DNA from: the human T2T-CHM13v2.0 reference genome, Homo sapiens
Length of the DNA stretch: 64,000 nt
Reading direction: 5' to 3' (one strand)
NCBI RefSeq assembly: GCF_009914755.1
Contig: NC_060928.1
Shown: positions 17,320 to 37,589 of the stretch, one piece after another
Position numbering within the stretch: position 1 is the stretch's first letter
Layout: each line of letters starts with the position of its first letter
Made by a program: the position numbers and the translations under genes
The notes under the pieces: generated by a model
Database searches by the model: none
What the model was told of the DNA's origin: nothing
What the model saw: only the letters and a program-made list of their open reading frames with translations

Positions 17320-17770
17320 AACAGTTAATACTTGCTGTTTAAGGAACTAATTAAACCTTACTGGCTTATAAAAAACAACCACCATTTTATTTGTTTGAAG
17401 TTCTGTGGATCTGCATTTTGGTGTGGTGGATTCACCTGGGTAGTTGATATATTTGTGTTGCCTGGATCACAAAAAGGCCTTAGTCACCTGGTGCCTTGAC
17501 TGAGCCTGGTTGGTTTAAGATAGTTTCCTTCACAATCTGGTGGTTTGTGGTGACTCTTGGCTAGGCCCTGTGTCTCCAACAGGGTAGCTCCAGACCTCTT
17601 CACAATTTCTCCCAAAAAGGGAAGAACCAATGGATATTTGCATCACATTTTCCATTGTCCATTCACTGGACAAGTCAGATGGAAAAGCCCAATTTATTGT
17701 CAGAGCATAATATGAGGGCTTGGATAGAAGGAAAAGTGTTATTGGGAAACATGAGTGGAATGGTGTACTG
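17320..17770 (-). mobile_element. Old MaLR (MLT1-type) LTR
   Basis: CTTACTGGCTTATAAAAAACAACCACCATTTTATTTG...CATCACATTTTCCATTGTCCATT pattern of antisense MLT1 LTRs; strongly diverged. Confidence 0.5.
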
Positions 17771-18305
17771 TAGGAAATACGCATTATGTACATTTTAAAA
17801 AACGTAATTGTAGGCCAAAATTGCTGGTTTGCAAGATGCACTTTCCATGATGTTCAGGTATAGAAAAGCAAGAGGTACTGTCACGGGAACACTCATATGA
17901 AGTTATTTGTGGAATCTACATATTAATAGGAAAATAGTTAATACAGCCCAGTATATTTCTATAACATTTATTTTAGTGAACTTATGTTTCTTTGTATTAA
18001 ATTATTAGATTATATCTTTAGATAATATTGTTACTAAATTAGTAGGTAATACATATATTTATTCAAAAATAAATTGTGCATCTAATGTCTACCAATTAAT
18101 GTACTTGTCTATGTATCTTATCTTAACTTGAGCCTCTGCTGCCCCTAATGAGGCGTGAAGAACTCTTCTCCCCTGGAGAAGTTTTTCTTTTTCAGGAGGG
18201 AGGAGGGCTTTCCCAGGTAATGTCTCTAGAGCGTTGGGCAGAAGAATCTGGGACCACACCACACCAGTTCTCTCCTTAATCCACGTCATTTGCCTTCTAT
18301 CCCAG

Positions 18306-18364
18306 CTATGTTTCCAGTGTCCTCTGGGTGTTTCCAAGAGCAACAAGAAACGAATAAATCTCTG
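18306..18364 (+). pseudogene. ZNF717-like first coding exon (MFPVSSGCFQEQQETNKSL); orphan 5' exon of the type recalled in MAFIP/TEKT4P transcripts
   Basis: Acceptor TTGCCTTCTATCCCAG, ATG at 18308, 19 codons, phase-0 donor CTG|GTGAGT at 18365; peptide resembles recalled ZNF717 N-terminus MFPVFSGCFQELQEKNKSL; no KRAB or zinc-finger exon found in the window. Confidence 0.8.
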
Positions 18365-18757
18365 GTGAGTTGCTTACTTGTTCTTCACTTTGTTTTACAC
18401 TGTATTTTCTGAGTTTATGGGTGTCTGTGAATTAAAAAGGAAAAGTAGAAATAAGTAAAACTCAGGTTGAAGGAAATATACATAAATAAGATAAAGCTGA
18501 CCTGTAGATATAGGCAGGTTATAAGAGCTTAGAGTAGTCTCAGTTGGGTGCAAATTTTCCTCTGATCTTTCTGATGCCGAGACAAAAAAGGCAGTCATAT
18601 TTGTTACGTAATTGGAATGGAACCCGAGAAGAGAGCATGCTGTGTTCTTGTGGGACAGGAAAGATTGTGTGCACCAAGTCCGAACCACCACCTTCATTGG
18701 TGACATAGATTATGTGCTGGAACATATTTCACACCGGCCTGGCAGTAACCACTTGTA

Positions 18758-18841
18758 GTGTTGTGCAGTGGAAACGGTCATCTTCCGCTAAAGCACAGCG
18801 TGTTGTGCAGTGGAAATGGTCATCTGCCGCTAAAGCACAGC
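18758..18841. repeat. 42-bp tandem duplication
   Basis: GTGTTGTGCAGTGGAAAYGGTCATCTKCCGCTAAAGCACAGC occurs twice in tandem. Confidence 0.9.
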
Positions 18842-19186
18842 TTCCATCGTAAGGTGTGCTCATTGCTCAAAGAGTGTGGTCCCAAACAGCTTTTGGGAGG
18901 TCCTCCTTGATTCATGGATGAAACCCAGAACATCTTGAGGACTGAGTTAACCATAGGCCCTTAAATAACTCTCCAGACATTTTTCTTAGTTTATCTCTAC
19001 ATGCAGGGTGTGCAGCAGCCTGTTCAAAGTCATATTTTCTGGGAAATATTTCCAGTGTTTATTTGCACTTTAGCCCACTCTGTGTAGTCTTAACTTATTT
19101 CTTCTAAACTCACCATTAACCTAAATAATAGTCAAATTTAGGGGGACTGTATTTGACTTACTCAAGTCTTCTACCATAGTTGAAAC

Positions 19187-19789
19187 TGTAGTACCCGAGT
19201 AAGTTAGAGATAAACGCCACACTTTGAGACGAATTCAGGGGTCCTTTATTAGCTGGTGACTGAGAGACGGCTAATGCACGAAATTCTCTCGGCCCCGAAG
19301 AAGGGACTAGATTTTCTTTTATAATTTGGTTTAGAGAGGGGAGGGGGGATTCTAGCTGCAGCAACTTTACAGAAGAAAAAAACAGACAAAAAAGTTAAAA
19401 AGACAGATGGTTACAGGAAAACAAACTGTTCCAGGTGCAGGGGCTTTAAATTCACCACAAAGTGATAGGTGAGGGGGCTCTGGGCATTATCTGCCAGACA
19501 AATGTGGGGCTTTATGATACTATCTCTGAATAAATTGCTGGGAACTGCAGACATCGCTTGTCTAAGCACTTTATCAGTTAATTGCACTCTTTGATATGTT
19601 GAAAGTCAACTTGCACAAGTTAAAGTCCTTGAGGAAAGGGGGTGGGTAGGGAGCCCTTGATGTCTTGTAAATGAAGGAGCCAAATGGAGTTTGTCTGGTT
19701 TTCTCAGCTAAGGGAGAGTCTATTCATATTAAAAACAAGGTTATCTATCTAAGGAAGAGTCTATTCATGTTACAACGTTGGGTATTACA
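19187..19789 (-). mobile_element. Solo LTR6 (HERV-S71/HERV-T) LTR
   Basis: TG...CA termini, 4-bp TSD AAAC on both sides, recalled LTR6 motifs (AAACGCCACACTTTGAGACGAATT, CTCTCGGCCCCGAAGAAGGG, AACTTGCACAAGTTAAAGTCCTTGAGG). Confidence 0.8.
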
Positions 19790-20603
19790 AAACATCTGTT
19801 CATGATCTGGAAATTCATCTGTGTTAGTTCTGTTAAAAGAAAAACTTTAAAGGAGTTTAATAGAGCAATAAACGATTCACGAATCAGACAGTCCCCAGAA
19901 TCACAGCAGATTCACAGAGACTCCAGCGCATTCGTGTGGTGGAAGAAGATTTATAGACAAAAGGGAAACGGCATACTGAAATCGGAAGTGAGGTACAGAA
20001 ACAACTCAGTGTTTGCCTTGTTTGAACACAGTTTGAACATTTGGCAGTGCCTGAGTGGTTGAAGTTTGGCCATTGGGATTGGCCAAGATGTAGCTGTTGT
20101 TCAAGATGCATACTCTTAAGTTAGTTTTTCATTCTTCTATACCTATTAAGGTAGGTTACAGTTCATCCACAATGACTCATATATAGAATTATGGAGTCCT
20201 TCTCAGGCCATACTTAGTTCACTTTAACAATGCCTTCCCTTTGGTTATTTTCTCAATTTTGAGAGATTGGCCAAAACTTCAGTCACTGGTGTCACTATTA
20301 CCATTGCAAATGTACTTACTTGGTTTAGAAACCCACTGGGAAATAGACCAGTGAGATTTGAAAAGGTGGAACAAGGACTTGAGTAGAAGGTGTCTTCTTA
20401 TGCTGGAACATCCTGTTTACAGGAGAAAAACAAAACCTGGTTTGTTCTAGGATTTATGTGTTTCCTTAAAGTCTTAGTTTGATTATGTTACATTTAGCAT
20501 GAGTGACTCCATTTTGGTTTGGTTTGGTCTGTTGGGACCTATTGCATGAGTTTAGTTCAAAACAATGACCTCCCATAATTTTGCTTAAAAAATTCCTCCT
20601 TTT

Positions 20604-20904
<301 letters not shown>

Positions 20905-20970
20905 TCAGTCAAGTTCTCACTTAGTTGCGAGTGTGACTAAAATATAGGGCCTTAGCATCACTCTTAGTTA

Positions 20971-21953
20971 CCATTGTTTTGGGTTCCGGGTTTAGCACGT
21001 CATTCCCATTGTTTTGGGTTTCTGGTTTAGCACATCACTCCCATTGTTTTGGGTTCCAGTTTTAGCACGTCACTCCCATTGTTTTGGGTTCTGGTTTAGC
21101 ACGTCACTCCCATTGTTTTGGGTTCTGGTTTTAGCACGTCACTCCCATTGTTTTGGGTTTCTGGTTTAGCAGGATGCTCCCATTGTTTTCAGTTTCTGAT
21201 TTAGCAGGATGCTCCCATTGTTTTGGGTTTCTGGTTTAGCAGGTCACTCCCATTGTTTTGGGTTCCAGTTTTAGCACGTCACTCCCGTTGTTTTGGGTTC
21301 CAGTTTTAGCACGTCACTCCCATTGTTTTGGGTTTCTGGTTTAGCAGGTCACTCCCATTGTTTTCGGTTTCTGGGTTAGCAGGATGCTCCCATTGTTTTG
21401 GGTTTCTGGTTTAGCAGGTCACTCCCATTGTTTTGGGTTCCGGTTTTAGCACATCACTCCCATTGTTTTCATTTCCGGTTTTAGCACATCACTCCCATTG
21501 TTTTGGGTTCCAGTTTTAGCAAGTCACTCCCATTGTTTTGGGTTCTGATTTTAGTGCACGTCACCCCCATTGTTTTGGGTTCCAGTTTTAGTATATCACT
21601 CTCATTGTTTTGGGTTTCTGGTTTAGCACGTCACTCCCATTGTTTTGGGTTTCTGGTTTCGCAGGTCACTCCCATTGTTTTGGGTTCTGGTTTAAGCACA
21701 TCACTCCCATTGTTTTCATTTCCGCTTTTGGCACGTCACTCCCATTGTTTTGGGTTCCAGTTTTAGCAAGTCACTCCCATTGTTTTGGGTTTCTTGTTTA
21801 GCACGTCACTCCCATTGTTTTGGGTTCTGGTTTTAGTGCACGTCACTCCCATTGTTTTGGGTTCCCGTTTTAGTACATCACTCCCATTGTTTTGGGTTTC
21901 TGGTTTAGCATGTCACCCCCATTGTTTTGGGTTTCCGGTTTAGCATGTCACTC
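20971..21953. repeat. 35-bp minisatellite (~28 copies), unit CCCATTGTTTTGGGTTTCTGGTTTAGCACGTCACT
   Basis: Directly visible head-to-tail units with no spacers, embedded in ERV internal sequence. Confidence 0.95.
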
Positions 21954-23225
21954 ATAGGTTATGGTGTCCTTACGGTTGCCCTTTTTTTTTAATCTCTTGT
22001 CATTCCAGTTGAAGAGATACCATTTGATATTTTAGAGATGCCTGCATGCAAACTCTTAAAACATTTGAGTAAGTACAGTGCAACAGGGAGACTCTTATGA
22101 CTGTTGGGATAACACCAAGAATTTGGTATATGCTCCTAACTCAGGGTCCCCATAAATCAAACCACCTAAAATCAAATAGATTAAAGAATGAATTAGATAA
22201 AGAGTTTACTTGCTTAACTAAGTGGGTTTTTTTGTTAATTCCCTACAACCAAATTTTTATAATACCCCATGTTTTCTCCACATGCTGTAAGTGTTAGCAG
22301 CTGCACAGATACTTAAGATAAGTGTCTCATGATAGTAGAGAAGTCTTGATCTGTGATCGTGGGAAAAGCTGTTCACATTAAGGATGCCATCTTCTTCTGG
22401 GGGGAACTGTCCTTGTTAGCTTTACCTTAAGGGTTCCAATGGGTATATGGTTCCAAGTGTGGAAGGACCTTTCTGAGTTGTGAGACTATGAACCCAAAGT
22501 TTAAGGTTTTAAAGTTTTGCTGTCATGTGGATGGCAAGGGCAGTCCTTCTCTGATGTTCTCAGAAGATCCAGTCATCAGATTCCAGATTTTGAAGGAGTT
22601 GACTGTCCTCAGCGAACCATAAAAGGCTTTCTTTACCTGGTGAAAATACACTTCAGGGTAATAATGTACTGTTTTAACATCAACTCTCTCGCATGGAAGA
22701 GCTTTTATACAATCAGAAAACATGCACTGAAAATGACAACTGAATCAAATCCCTTTATAAAATGTTTAAATGGCCCATCAGGTAACCAAATGTACCTGAA
22801 GTTTTGATTGTTTTCCTAGAAATATAGGTTTGACAAACTAAACATTGGTTATAAACTATTTTAGCAGTTTAGAAATCACCACACCAATATATTTAATTTG
22901 GATCATTTTCTCTTTCCATGATGAGTTATGGAATGCAGAACTTTTAATAACAAAAGTTTTAAGGACTTAAGAAGGATAAGGTGGCCATCCTGGTTCTTCA
23001 TAAGTCTGTGCTTAATTAACATTAGACTTACATCCTCTTGAATACCAGCTGTTTCTCCAAATTACGTGCATGGCACTGGTAACTGATGAGTAGTTATAGG
23101 TGATTTGACTTAGACCATGGAGTTTATTTAAATTATATACCTAAACAATTTCAATATTGGTGATTTAGCATGCAAATGTGGCAAAATATTTCCTTGGTAT
23201 ACAATTTTTGTTTTACTTAGGTTAG

Positions 23226-23565
<340 letters not shown>

Positions 23566-23874
23566 TAACTTTTGAGAATTCTTAACCTGTCCAATTCTTG
23601 GGGTATCAGGGAACTTATGGGGAATTTTTACCCATTATATTAAAGTTATTAAAAATCTGTGTTCACGAGTGTTTTTCAGGATCCTTTTCATTCTTTCATG
23701 AATCTTCTAAGAGACACCATATTCTAGAATTTTGCATGCTTGTGAAGTTTTTAGAAACTGCATCACCATTAAGCAATTAACTGTGGAAATGACTTTAAAT
23801 AGTTATAGATAAAGACAATTGACAAGGAAATTTGGTTATTTCTGTGGTCTACAATAACTTAATAACCATAATTA

Positions 23875-24227
<353 letters not shown>

Positions 24228-24620
24228 CTAAAGAAGGTTCAACATTATTTTTTATTTTGACAGTGCTAGCCATGTGACTTAACATGTTAAATAGTCCTGT
24301 TTACCTCTCTTTTGGGTGCTTCAGGGGCCTCTGTAGTATCCCAAAGTTAGAGGTCAGAACATAAAATTTTGAAGTTGTAATTTGATTTTGGGAAGCCTAT
24401 TAAATATATTAAAGGTTTAAACACTTGATGTTATGAAATAGAATTCCACGTCAACGTAAGTCATTCATTTACCTAAAATCATGACTTAAAAAATTTTTAA
24501 AGGGCAAAAATCTTTACTCATTGATAGGGGGAAGACTTATCTCCACAAATAATCTGCCTCTTGTTTTTCCTTTTTTTTGGTAGTTTATTTACAAGGCAAA
24601 CAAATTTTTCATTTTTTAAT

Positions 24621-30783
<6,163 letters not shown>

Positions 30784-30875
30784 ATTATTTTTTAATATTT
30801 TCTGAAAATCTTCTTTAAAGAGAGAAAGCCAAATGTCACCCACTTTTTCATAAAACCTTATAGGCCAATCTAGTA

Positions 30876-31173
30876 TTCTTTTCTTTTTTGGAGGTGGATT
30901 TTCCCTCTTGTTGCCCAGGCTGGAGTGCAATGATGTGATCTCGGTTTACTGCAACCCCCTGCCTCCCAGGTTCAAGCAATTCTCCCGCCCTAGCCTCCTG
31001 AGTAGCTGGGATTAGAGGCATGCCACACCATGCCCAGCTAATTTTGTGTTTTTAGTAGAGACGGGGTTTTTCCTTGTTGGTCAGGCTGGCCCTGAACTCC
31101 TGACCTCAGGTGATCCACCTGCCTCGGCCTCCCCAAGTGTTGGGATTACAGGCGTGAGCCACTGCCCCTGGCC
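30876..31173 (-). mobile_element. AluSp/Sq-like element
   Basis: CTCTTGTTGCCCAGGCTGGAGTGCAATG diagnostic; full dimer. Confidence 0.88.
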
Positions 31174-32113
31174 ATTTTTTTTTAAAGATAATCTCTTGCT
31201 CTGTCACCCTCCTCTCCATATTATAGCTCTGGGGCCAAGCTGCATCACAATGGAAATCATGGAGCCACAGGAAGAATCCACTCAGCTTTGCCACATGCTG
31301 CCCAAGAGGTTGCTTGGAGTAACCAAATTAACATTTTTCATTCTGCTCAGAGCAAAATACATGTGACAAAACATAGACACGAGCCACTTTGCTTAGCACC
31401 CAGTGTCAAACTGGTAAGACCCAAACTTGCTCCCAGATAGGCCGTGCCACCTCTAAATCTTTTTAGAAGCTTCTGCATATTAATAGGCATCCCTAGATGA
31501 GACTAATTTGGGAGCCCTCATTTTTAAATGCACTTCAGGGCATTATTCATTTGGAATGTTCCACTGTAAGTTATCTTTAGTAAGATTTTGCCATTTCTGT
31601 AAGACTTTGCTGCTTCCCAGGCCTAATGAATTAGCCAGAAGGAACTAAGTTTTCCAGAAATTAAGGATCCTATTTTTACCTAATATATTGGCTTTACTCC
31701 CAGGTTCCCTTGATTGACTTAGCCAATGATTTTTTTTTCCTACCTAAGCATGCGAGGAAAATGAAACAAAGGGGTAGAACACAAAAATCCCTGTGAATTT
31801 TGAAAAGCCAAATTTTACAATCCTCCAATATTATCATTTGCTACCACTTTCCTTCTGACCCATTCAGATGTAGGGGGCCTCTAACTGGAACTGGATTCAA
31901 GCCAGTTAACTACTGGATCAAATCTGATCCTGGACCCGGTCCCGTTTCTGTCATAACTTCTAAAACATCCAGCCAGTCATGGCTGGATAGCAGTTTGGAA
32001 CAGAAATTTGCTCAAAGAAACTCAGAGCTCAAAACACAAATCCATGGAGCTCTGAAATCCGAGAGAGAATTTACCATGATCCCCAGCTGCTCTGAGAGGT
32101 CAAAGGGCACAAG

Positions 32114-33375
32114 TGTTACAGAATCCTGCGACGTCACTTTTCTGCCTGAAACCTCTGGCTGGTGGCACCTTTACCTGTGTTTTGCTCGGGCCCACTGGGT
32201 TCGTTCCGTCCACTCGGCTCATGCTAGTGGTGTGGATCCCACACCTGCCAAGGGTGAGCTGGGTACAGAGCAGTGAAGGGTGTGTGAGCAAGCAAGCATG
32301 GGATCTGGCCACTGCACACAGCCAAGCATGCCAGCTGCAGTGAGGTGGGCAGCTCCAGGTACAGGCACAGGTGCCAGCTCCCTGTGAGGCTGCAGCTGGA
32401 CCAGACCGACTGCAAACAGCTTCCACTGTGTGTATCAGGGAATGCAGTGGCGCCCAGAAACTTGGAGATGCAGGAACTGCAGAGCCCCAAAGAAGGCATC
32501 ACAGCCCTGGCTTGGGGAGCTCCTAGGTCTGGGCTCCCTGAAGGGCCACAGCTCTTGTCTCCTTCTCTCTTCTCTTCTTCTTGCCTGCAATTTGGCAAGC
32601 AAGGGGGGCGTTTCAGCCCTGTTTATGTTACACCTCTTTCAGCCCTGCTAGTTTGCAGGTCCCGAGTTCTTGTCCTGAGTCCAGGAAGAATGAGGTATGT
32701 GGGCAAGTAGAAGGTGAGCAAGGTGAAGAGGTGCTTTATTGAGCAACAGTACAGCTCAGAGGAGAACTGCAGTGGGTAACTCCTTTCTGCAGGCAGGTCA
32801 TCCCAACGTCTGTTCAGCTCTCAGCAGCTGAGAGAGACGCACTGTGGTTAGCTGTGCCCACATTGCCGAGGCTGTTCAAGCTGAGGAGTGCCTTCAGGCC
32901 AGTGCTGAGCCACTCTTAGCCCCACCTCAACCTCCCTCTTGTGCTCGTCACTGCCCAAATTCTGGAGGGGGCCGAGGTGGCAGGGGGCTGGCATGTCAGC
33001 ACTGCCCTGAGCTTGCACAAACCGGGCCAGGTTGCGACTGTGCCTGGGTTCAGCCTCAACTTGGATCCGAAGTTGGAGTGGGCTCTGGGAGTGGAGAGAT
33101 GCCAGGTGGTGGGACCAGGTACGACTGAGCCTGTGGGGGCAGGGGGGCTTGCTGGGCCTCTGAGAGTGCAAAGATGCCCGGGTTTGCAGTCATGGCTGGA
33201 TGGCTGCAGCTGTGCCTGGGAGGGCAGGGCTCCTGCCTGCCAATTTAGAAGGGGTGGGGCTCCCACCCCTTCCTGGCTCCCACCAGCTTCGAGGAGCGCA
33301 CAGCCCCAGCCACTCCTCCCCACTGCAGCCAGTGTCTCCGTAGCAACTGCTCCATGTGGACCACTGCTGCCATCA
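32114..33375 (-). mobile_element. MER52-type solo LTR nested in MER57-int
   Basis: Starts TGTTACAGAATCC...TCACTTTTCTG...GAAACCTCTG and ends CCACTGCTGCCATCA; GC-rich ~1.26 kb as recalled for MER52. Confidence 0.78.
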
Positions 33376-33495
33376 CAGAGCAGTCCTTGCAGGTGCCTTT
33401 CTTGTACCTCAGCACTCCTGGGGGTCATTAGAAGCCCTAGCAACGCTGCTCACCACACTATAGCTCCGGAGGCCCTAGCAGTCCTGCTCCCACAG

Positions 33496-33513
33496 ATCCC
33501 ACTTCTGACACCA
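33496..33513 (-). other. Retroviral primer-binding site complementary to tRNA-Leu(CAA)
   Basis: ATCCCACTTCTGACACCA on + equals the recalled 3' 18 nt of human tRNA-Leu(CAA), 2 nt from the LTR edge. Confidence 0.85.
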
Positions 33514-34404
33514 TCTATTAAAAGAAAATCTTCAGCTGAATTAAATTTAAAGGAACTTAATTGAGCAATGAATGATTCACGAATCAGGCAGCCCCCAGAA
33601 TCACAGCAGATTTGGTGAGACTCCAGCACAGCTACATGGTGGAAGATTTATAGACAATAAAGGCAACGTGATGTACAGAAATCTGAAGTGAGGAGTGAGG
33701 TCCAGAAGCAACTGGGTCCCTTACCATTCTCAGCAGTGAGGTCCAGAAGCAACTGGACTGGTTCCAGTGCTCAGCATTTGCCTTATCTGAACACAGCTGA
33801 ACACTCAGCAGTGTGTGAGTGGCAGAAGTTTGGCTGTTGGGATTGGCCAGGACTCAGCTATAGTTACAGGCGCATACTCCTAAGTTAGGTTTTCAGTCTT
33901 CCTACCTATTAAGTTAGGTTGCAGTTTGTCCACAGGGACTCAAATCTAGAAGTACAGAGTCCTTCCCAGGCCATATTTAGTTCACTGTAACAGTTCCTAT
34001 TATGACCTCACTGACAGTTCTTTTTCTCTGAATTCTCCTTTCTTCTCAACAGCTTATCCAAATGTTCCATTAGTCCCTGTTCATCCCGCCCTGCAGTTCT
34101 CCTTGACTGATTCAGCCCTTTGTGGTTTGCAGTCCTGTTTCTCTACAGCTTGGACCCCTTCAGTCTTTCCATCATAGGTTTAACTCTCTGTTGAATGCTT
34201 CTTTGTAGCTACGCAAAAGTTACCTTAAGCTCAAAAAATTCAAAGTGAAAGCCACATCCTCCTCTCTTCCCTTATGTGTATGGTATTACTACCATGCAAC
34301 CAGTGACCCAAAATGGGATTTCTTCTGGGCTTTTCTTGCTTAGATTCAGGCTCATCTGGTGTCAAGCCTTGTTACTTTTGTTTCCTTGTTCTTTTATTTT
34401 TAAT

Positions 34405-34697
<293 letters not shown>

Positions 34698-35419
34698 TGC
34701 TTGTTGTTTTCATCTCATGCTGATTTCTGAATACAGGAGAGGAGCTGAGTTGGTGTTCACTAACAAGCACGGAAGCTTCGTTACATTTACAGTGTCATTC
34801 TTGGCAAAACCTGAATGGTATGTTTGTGGGGTGATGAGATTCAGTCCCCTGTGACCTGTGCATCTGGCCAACACTGTGGTGACATCCTTAGGAATCAATG
34901 GGGAGAGAGAAAGCATTCAGGAGTTAGTGGGTCACATTTGACAAAGGCCAATAAAGAAATATGCAAAGACAAAAATCAAGAAGAACACTGTCATATTTTA
35001 CACCTTTTGTTTATATAAATTTATGTCAATGATTCTAGCTTATGTTAATATGCAATGTATACAATATGCTAACATATACAATATATGTTTATAGTTTAAA
35101 CATTTCTGTCATGTTTTCAGATTCTTTAAAGATTATATTACACTTCCTATTTCAGATAGTTGTTTAAAATGAGTAAGGAGAAACGGATGTGTGCATCAGT
35201 TCTAACTGTTTATGGACTAAAACTAGTTGATTTCTTGGTTAAGAACAAAAAGTGACAAACTAATTAACTGAAAATTTGAAGTAGGCAATTATAGTTTTAG
35301 CTTTAACGTAAAATATTAACTATGCTCCATTCTTGCATTTTTAACCTAATACTCAATATAAATCGCTACATGCCGTTTCAGATCAAGGTTCTACTTGTGA
35401 TCTCTCATGAGTTTTTCAA

Positions 35420-37535
35420 GGTTTTAATTATCTGAGATGTAACAATGTACCAGTAACCTTACTGGCTTAAACCAGGAATTTATTCTTTTTACATGTCACA
35501 ATTTTCTGGGTCAAGACACTGGACAGGGCGGTGTTGGTTGGTTGCTTCATGATGTCCTTGGTCTCATCTGGAAGGACTCTAGTGGCTGGGGACATGGAGC
35601 AGGCACCCAGCCCTCTCTTCGTGGCCAGCACGGACTTCCTCCCAGTCTGGCAGCGTCAGGTAGTCAGGTTTGTCTGGCTTCTCCCAGGGTGTGTGTCCAA
35701 GAGGCCCAGGCAGAAGCTGTAAGGACTCTCATGATCGCCCCTCAGAAGTCCCAGAGCATCTCTCCTGCCACACTGCCCAGTCGCACTCATCACTGAGACC
35801 AGCCATGATTCAAGGGGGGAAGGTGATTAGATTCCACCTCTTGATGAGAAGCATAGTAGGAACCTGCAGCAGTCTTTAATAAACCACAGCTTGTCCTCTG
35901 GCCACAAACTATTAACATTTCTCCTACATGCAAATTATGCTTTGCCCCTCTCAAGAGCCCCAGAAAGGTTTTCCTTATGGCACTGGCTGGTAGCCCAACT
36001 GAATCCTGAATCAGGTTGTGGTGACCTGTCATCTGCACCCACACACACTCAGCCGCAGTGAGGACTGAATCAGGTTGTGGTGACCTGTCATCTGACCCCC
36101 CCACACACAGCCACAGTGAGGACTGAATCAGGTTGTGGTGGCCTGTCGTCTGCCCCTGACACACTCAGCCACAGTGAGGACTGAATCAGGTTGTTATGAC
36201 CTATCATCTGAGCCCACAAACTCAGCCGCAGTGAGGGGACTGGTGTGAAAACAGTCGGCATTTCCCTTTAGAAGCTGTTGGTGGGAGGCAAGAGGGAAGT
36301 GCTGCCCTGCAGGCCCCGTCTAACAGTTGGTCATTCCCATGGGGTGCCTGTTACAGTTCTGTGATTAGTGCCCAGTCCTGGTCCCTGAGAACGGCGCCCA
36401 GTCCTGGTCCCTGAGAATGGTGTTTGTGTCCTTTTACTCTTCCCTCTGGGCTTTTGTCATTCTCCATGTTCTTTTTCCTTCAGTGCCTGGGTTGCCGTTG
36501 ACCAACTTTCCCTGCCTTTTTCTTATGGTCAATAGGGTATTCAATGGCTTCTTTTTCATTTTTTTTCCTTTTCTTTTCTTTTTTTTTTTTTTTTTACTTT
36601 GGCCTTTTGAGACAAGAAATTATTTCTTTATATTTTCTCTAAATTCTGTTTGAAAACTGAACCTTCTTCTTTAGATCATGTCCCTCTCCTGTCATATTTA
36701 TTCAGTGACAGTTAGGGGAGGCTGGTAGCACTTTCCATGTTCTTCCCAGATGTCTCCTTAGGCAGATCCCTGAGATGGTGCAGTGCCCTTTCAGTTTCCA
36801 TGTTGTGGCCATAGTTTTCCCACAGTCCCTCAGCATGTAACTCTCAGGCCTTTTCTCCAGTTTCCAATGACATTTTCTCACCGTCCTTCAGGCCCTGACC
36901 AAGTGTCTTGATGCTCTTCCAGGTTGCATGAATGGTCTCCTTGAGGCCCAGTTACAGATCAGCCTCACAGTCGTGTCACATATTGTAGCTTCTGATTACC
37001 ACAGCAGCTCATTTCCAGCTGTCATATTCTGTTCCAGTTATCTATTCTGAAGAAACCATCCCCAAAACTTGGCAGCTTAAAACAACTCATTATTACTTGT
37101 TTTTTGGCTTAGAGAGTCTTGGTGGTCAGCTCATCTCACACACAGTTGCAGCCAAGCTGGATTGTGTGAAAGCACAGTGAGGTGGTGTGCAGGGTGGCTC
37201 ACTAGCGGTTGGGAGTGGATGTTGCTGGAGGCTCACTAGTTGTTGGGAGTCGGTGTTGCTGGAGGCTCAGTGGGGGATGTCAATGCATGTAGCTAGTCAT
37301 GGACTGGCCGTGTGGTTTCCATCATGAGGTCTCAGGGGAGTGGGATTTCCTGCCTGGTGACTGGCTTTCTCCTGGATAAGTGTTCTGTTTTCTCAGCCTG
37401 GCTTCTGAAGTCCCCAAATACCACCTTTGTCACCTTCTGTTGGCCAAATAAGTCAGTAGTTTGGTCAAGGTTTAAGGGGAATTGGTCCTCACAGAGAGAG
37501 GAGCAGGAAAGAAGTTGTCACCTTTAGTCTACCAG
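35420..37535 (-). mobile_element. Old MaLR (MLT1F/G/H-type) element with LTR-internal-LTR layout
   Basis: Two related MLT1-like LTR segments (~35420-35888 and ~37029-37535) around ~1.1 kb of MLT-int-like sequence. Confidence 0.6.
36008..36238. repeat. 58-bp tandem repeat x4
   Basis: TGAATCAGGTTGTGGTGACCTGTCATCTG...CAGCCRCAGTGAGGAC starts at 36008, 36066, 36124 and 36182. Confidence 0.93.
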
Positions 37536-37589
37536 AAATGAGATTTTTATAACAAGTTTGTTCCAAATACATTCCAGTTCCCCTTGTGA

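Noticed and set aside
20971-21953. CRISPR-like array (35-bp repeats)
   Set aside because: Units are contiguous with no unique spacers, there are no cas genes, and the context is eukaryotic
33496-33513. tRNA-Leu gene
   Set aside because: Only the 3' 18 nt including CCA are present, next to an LTR; this is a primer-binding site
32100-33564. GC-rich ORFs up to 207 aa on both strands
   Set aside because: They lie within the GC-rich MER52 LTR and resemble no protein family I recognise
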